Source of the DNA: Eledone cirrhosa
Lineage: Eukaryota
NCBI GenBank assembly: GCA_964016885.1
Contig: OZ024763.1
Span: 18,476,001 to 18,540,000, forward strand
Length of the DNA stretch: 64,000 bases
Reading direction: 5' to 3'
Within the stretch, counting starts at the first letter, position 1. The number at the start of each line of letters is the position of its first letter. The position numbers and the translations under genes were made by a program. Positions 61,815 through 64,000 of this stretch are shown piece after piece. The notes beneath the pieces were generated by a model. It was not told the DNA's origin. It made no database searches and was given only the letters and a program-made list of their open reading frames with translations.

Positions 61815-62177
61815 TGTGTCACTTTTGAGCTGACTTTTGGGATGCTCCCATACAGCTCTGAGTTTTTCATCCTCAGTGTATACTGATTAATGTTCAGAGC
61901 CATCCTCAGCATTCTCGTGTAGCACCCATCCACCATCCGAGTGAGTCTGAGGTTGGCTGGACATGCTCACCGACATCCAGAGTTGACATTGCACTCAGTG
62001 CTCCTTTGGGAGTCCCTACATGGACACACTAGAAGAGGAAGACCAAGGTTAACATATGTTGATGCCCTAAGGACAGACACTGGTCTGTTGGAGATGCAGG
62101 ATATGGCAGCGATAATGAGGGACAGAGACCGCTGGAGAGAACTCGTCCATGGATCTCGGGAATTTTACCCGCCTTAG
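61814..62177 (+). mobile_element. RTE-clade LINE 3' fragment with an inverted 5' segment
   Basis: Plus strand reads LRLAGHAHRHPE..LLWE..HG..RRGRPRLTYVD...DRDRWR; 61814-61938 encodes the preceding peptide on the minus strand. Confidence 0.82.
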
Positions 62178-62319
62178 ATATATATATATATATATTGTTA
62201 TACTTTGGGTGGGTCATGTTGCCAATAAGAAACACACGCACCAGTTGCTTTCACTTCAATTTATTATAATAAATTTATAAATTTATATATATATATATAT
62301 ACGTTACGGACGTTACGGC

Positions 62320-62366
<47 letters not shown>

Positions 62367-62434
62367 TTGATAAAACGTTACGGCGTATATATATCGTATA
62401 TATATATATATATATAAAGTTTGATAAAACGGCG

Positions 62435-62470
<36 letters not shown>

Positions 62471-62569
62471 ATATATATACGCCGTAACGTTTTATCAAAC
62501 TTTACAACTAATCCTTCCAATCACACAAGCTAAAGTAAATATAATAACCAGTCACTGTTCAACTTTCAC

Positions 62570-63377
62570 TGTTTGACTCTCTCTAGCCTTTCCTACTCCT
62601 CTCTTTATACTCTTACCACTCCTCCTACCCTGCTACACTGCTTCTCTATTTTCTCTCTCTCTCTCTGTGTCTCTAACCTTTCTCTTACTCTATCTACCTA
62701 TATCTTACTTTCTCTTACTCTATCTACCTATATCTTACTTTCCCTTTCTCTGTTTAGCCTTTCTCTTACTCTTTCTACCTATTTGGTTTATCTCTTACTC
62801 TCTCTCTCTACCTTGTCTTTTACTCTCTCTCCCTCTACCTTGTCTTTTACTCTCTCTCTCTAGCCTTTCTTTTACTCTATCTACCTGGCTGCCTTTCTCT
62901 TACTCTATCTCTCTCTTGCCTGTCTCTTACTCTCTCTCTAGCCTTTCTCTTACTCTCTCTCTAGCCTTTCTCCTACTCTCTCTCTAGCCTTTCTCCTACT
63001 CTCTCTCTAGCCTTTCTTTTACTCTATCTACCTGGCTGCCTTTCTCTTACTCTCTCTCTCTAGCCTTTCTCCTACTCTCTCTCTAGCCTTTCTCTTACTC
63101 TCTCTACCTATTGATTCTATATGGCTTATCTTTTACTCTTTCACTTCCTCTCTTTGATTTATTACTCTATCTATCATATTTTTCCGACCTTGTATTCCTT
63201 CCTCTCTCTATCTTTCTACCCCTCTATATCTATCTATATAGCTCTCTTTCTACACCCCTCTCTCTTTCTACTCATCTCTCTTTTTCTACCCCTCTCTCTC
63301 TCTTTCTATATATATATATCTCCGCCTCTATATCTATCTATATAGCTCTCTCTTTCTACCCCCTCTCTCTCTATTTA

Positions 63378-63422
<45 letters not shown>

Positions 63423-63428
63423 CTACCC

Positions 63429-63468
<40 letters not shown>

Positions 63469-63592
63469 TTCTCCCCCGTATATATCTATCTCTATATCTC
63501 TCTCTTTCTCTTTCTACCCGTCTCTATCTCTATATCTCTCTCTCTTTTTACCCCTTTATCTCTATCTCTCTCCCGTTCCACCCCGTATATTT

Positions 63593-63632
<40 letters not shown>

Positions 63633-64000
63633 CTCGTATATATTTATCTGTATCTCTCTCTCTTTCTACACCACTTTATCTTAGTATGTCTCTCTCTCTC
63701 TCTCTAGCTCTGTTGCTTTGTAACGATTATTTAACTCATAACCGCTCATCCTTTCATTCCTTCCCCTCCTACTCTTTCTCTCTCTGTTTCTTTCCCTTCC
63801 TCCTTCTCATTCCCTTCTACTCTCCCTCTGTCTCTCTCTTTATTTTTTCCCCTCCCTCTCTCTGTCTTTATCTTCTCTCCTTCCATCCATCAGTATGTCA
63901 TATTCTCTCCCTCTCTTTCATACCTCCTGCTCTTCCATTATCTCCCTCACTTTCTCTTACTCTCTCTACTTTTCTCCTCCTCCTCCCTCGTCCCCTTCCA
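62570..64000. repeat. CT-rich low-complexity and microsatellite tract
   Basis: Direct reading. Confidence 0.88.

Overview
This is eukaryotic, microsatellite- and SINE-rich genomic DNA, most likely from a coleoid cephalopod (Octopus-type; inferred from the repeat content). Positions 1805-43517 (+) hold the 3' part of an ELYS/AHCTF1 (MEL-28) nucleoporin gene. I traced 19 GT-AG exons with consistent phases (7873 nt, about 2620 codons); the 5' exons lie upstream of the window. The conserved helical domain, SILK/RVxF-like PP1 motifs and a C-terminal RGRP/KKRKL tail flank a greatly expanded, repeat-built disordered region. Introns and the 3' flank contain two tRNA-derived SINE families, RTE/CR1/Tx1 LINE fragments, piggyBac/hAT/Tc1/mariner MITEs (one nested stack) and satellites. 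The most unusual signals are a cluster of minimal type-I hammerhead-ribozyme motifs with long palindromes (Penelope/retrozyme-like) at about 51-62 kb, two Tx1-like LINEs both sitting in (CTAT)n, and an RTE insertion with a twin-priming-type 5' inversion. All calls were made by eye and repeat boundaries are approximate.
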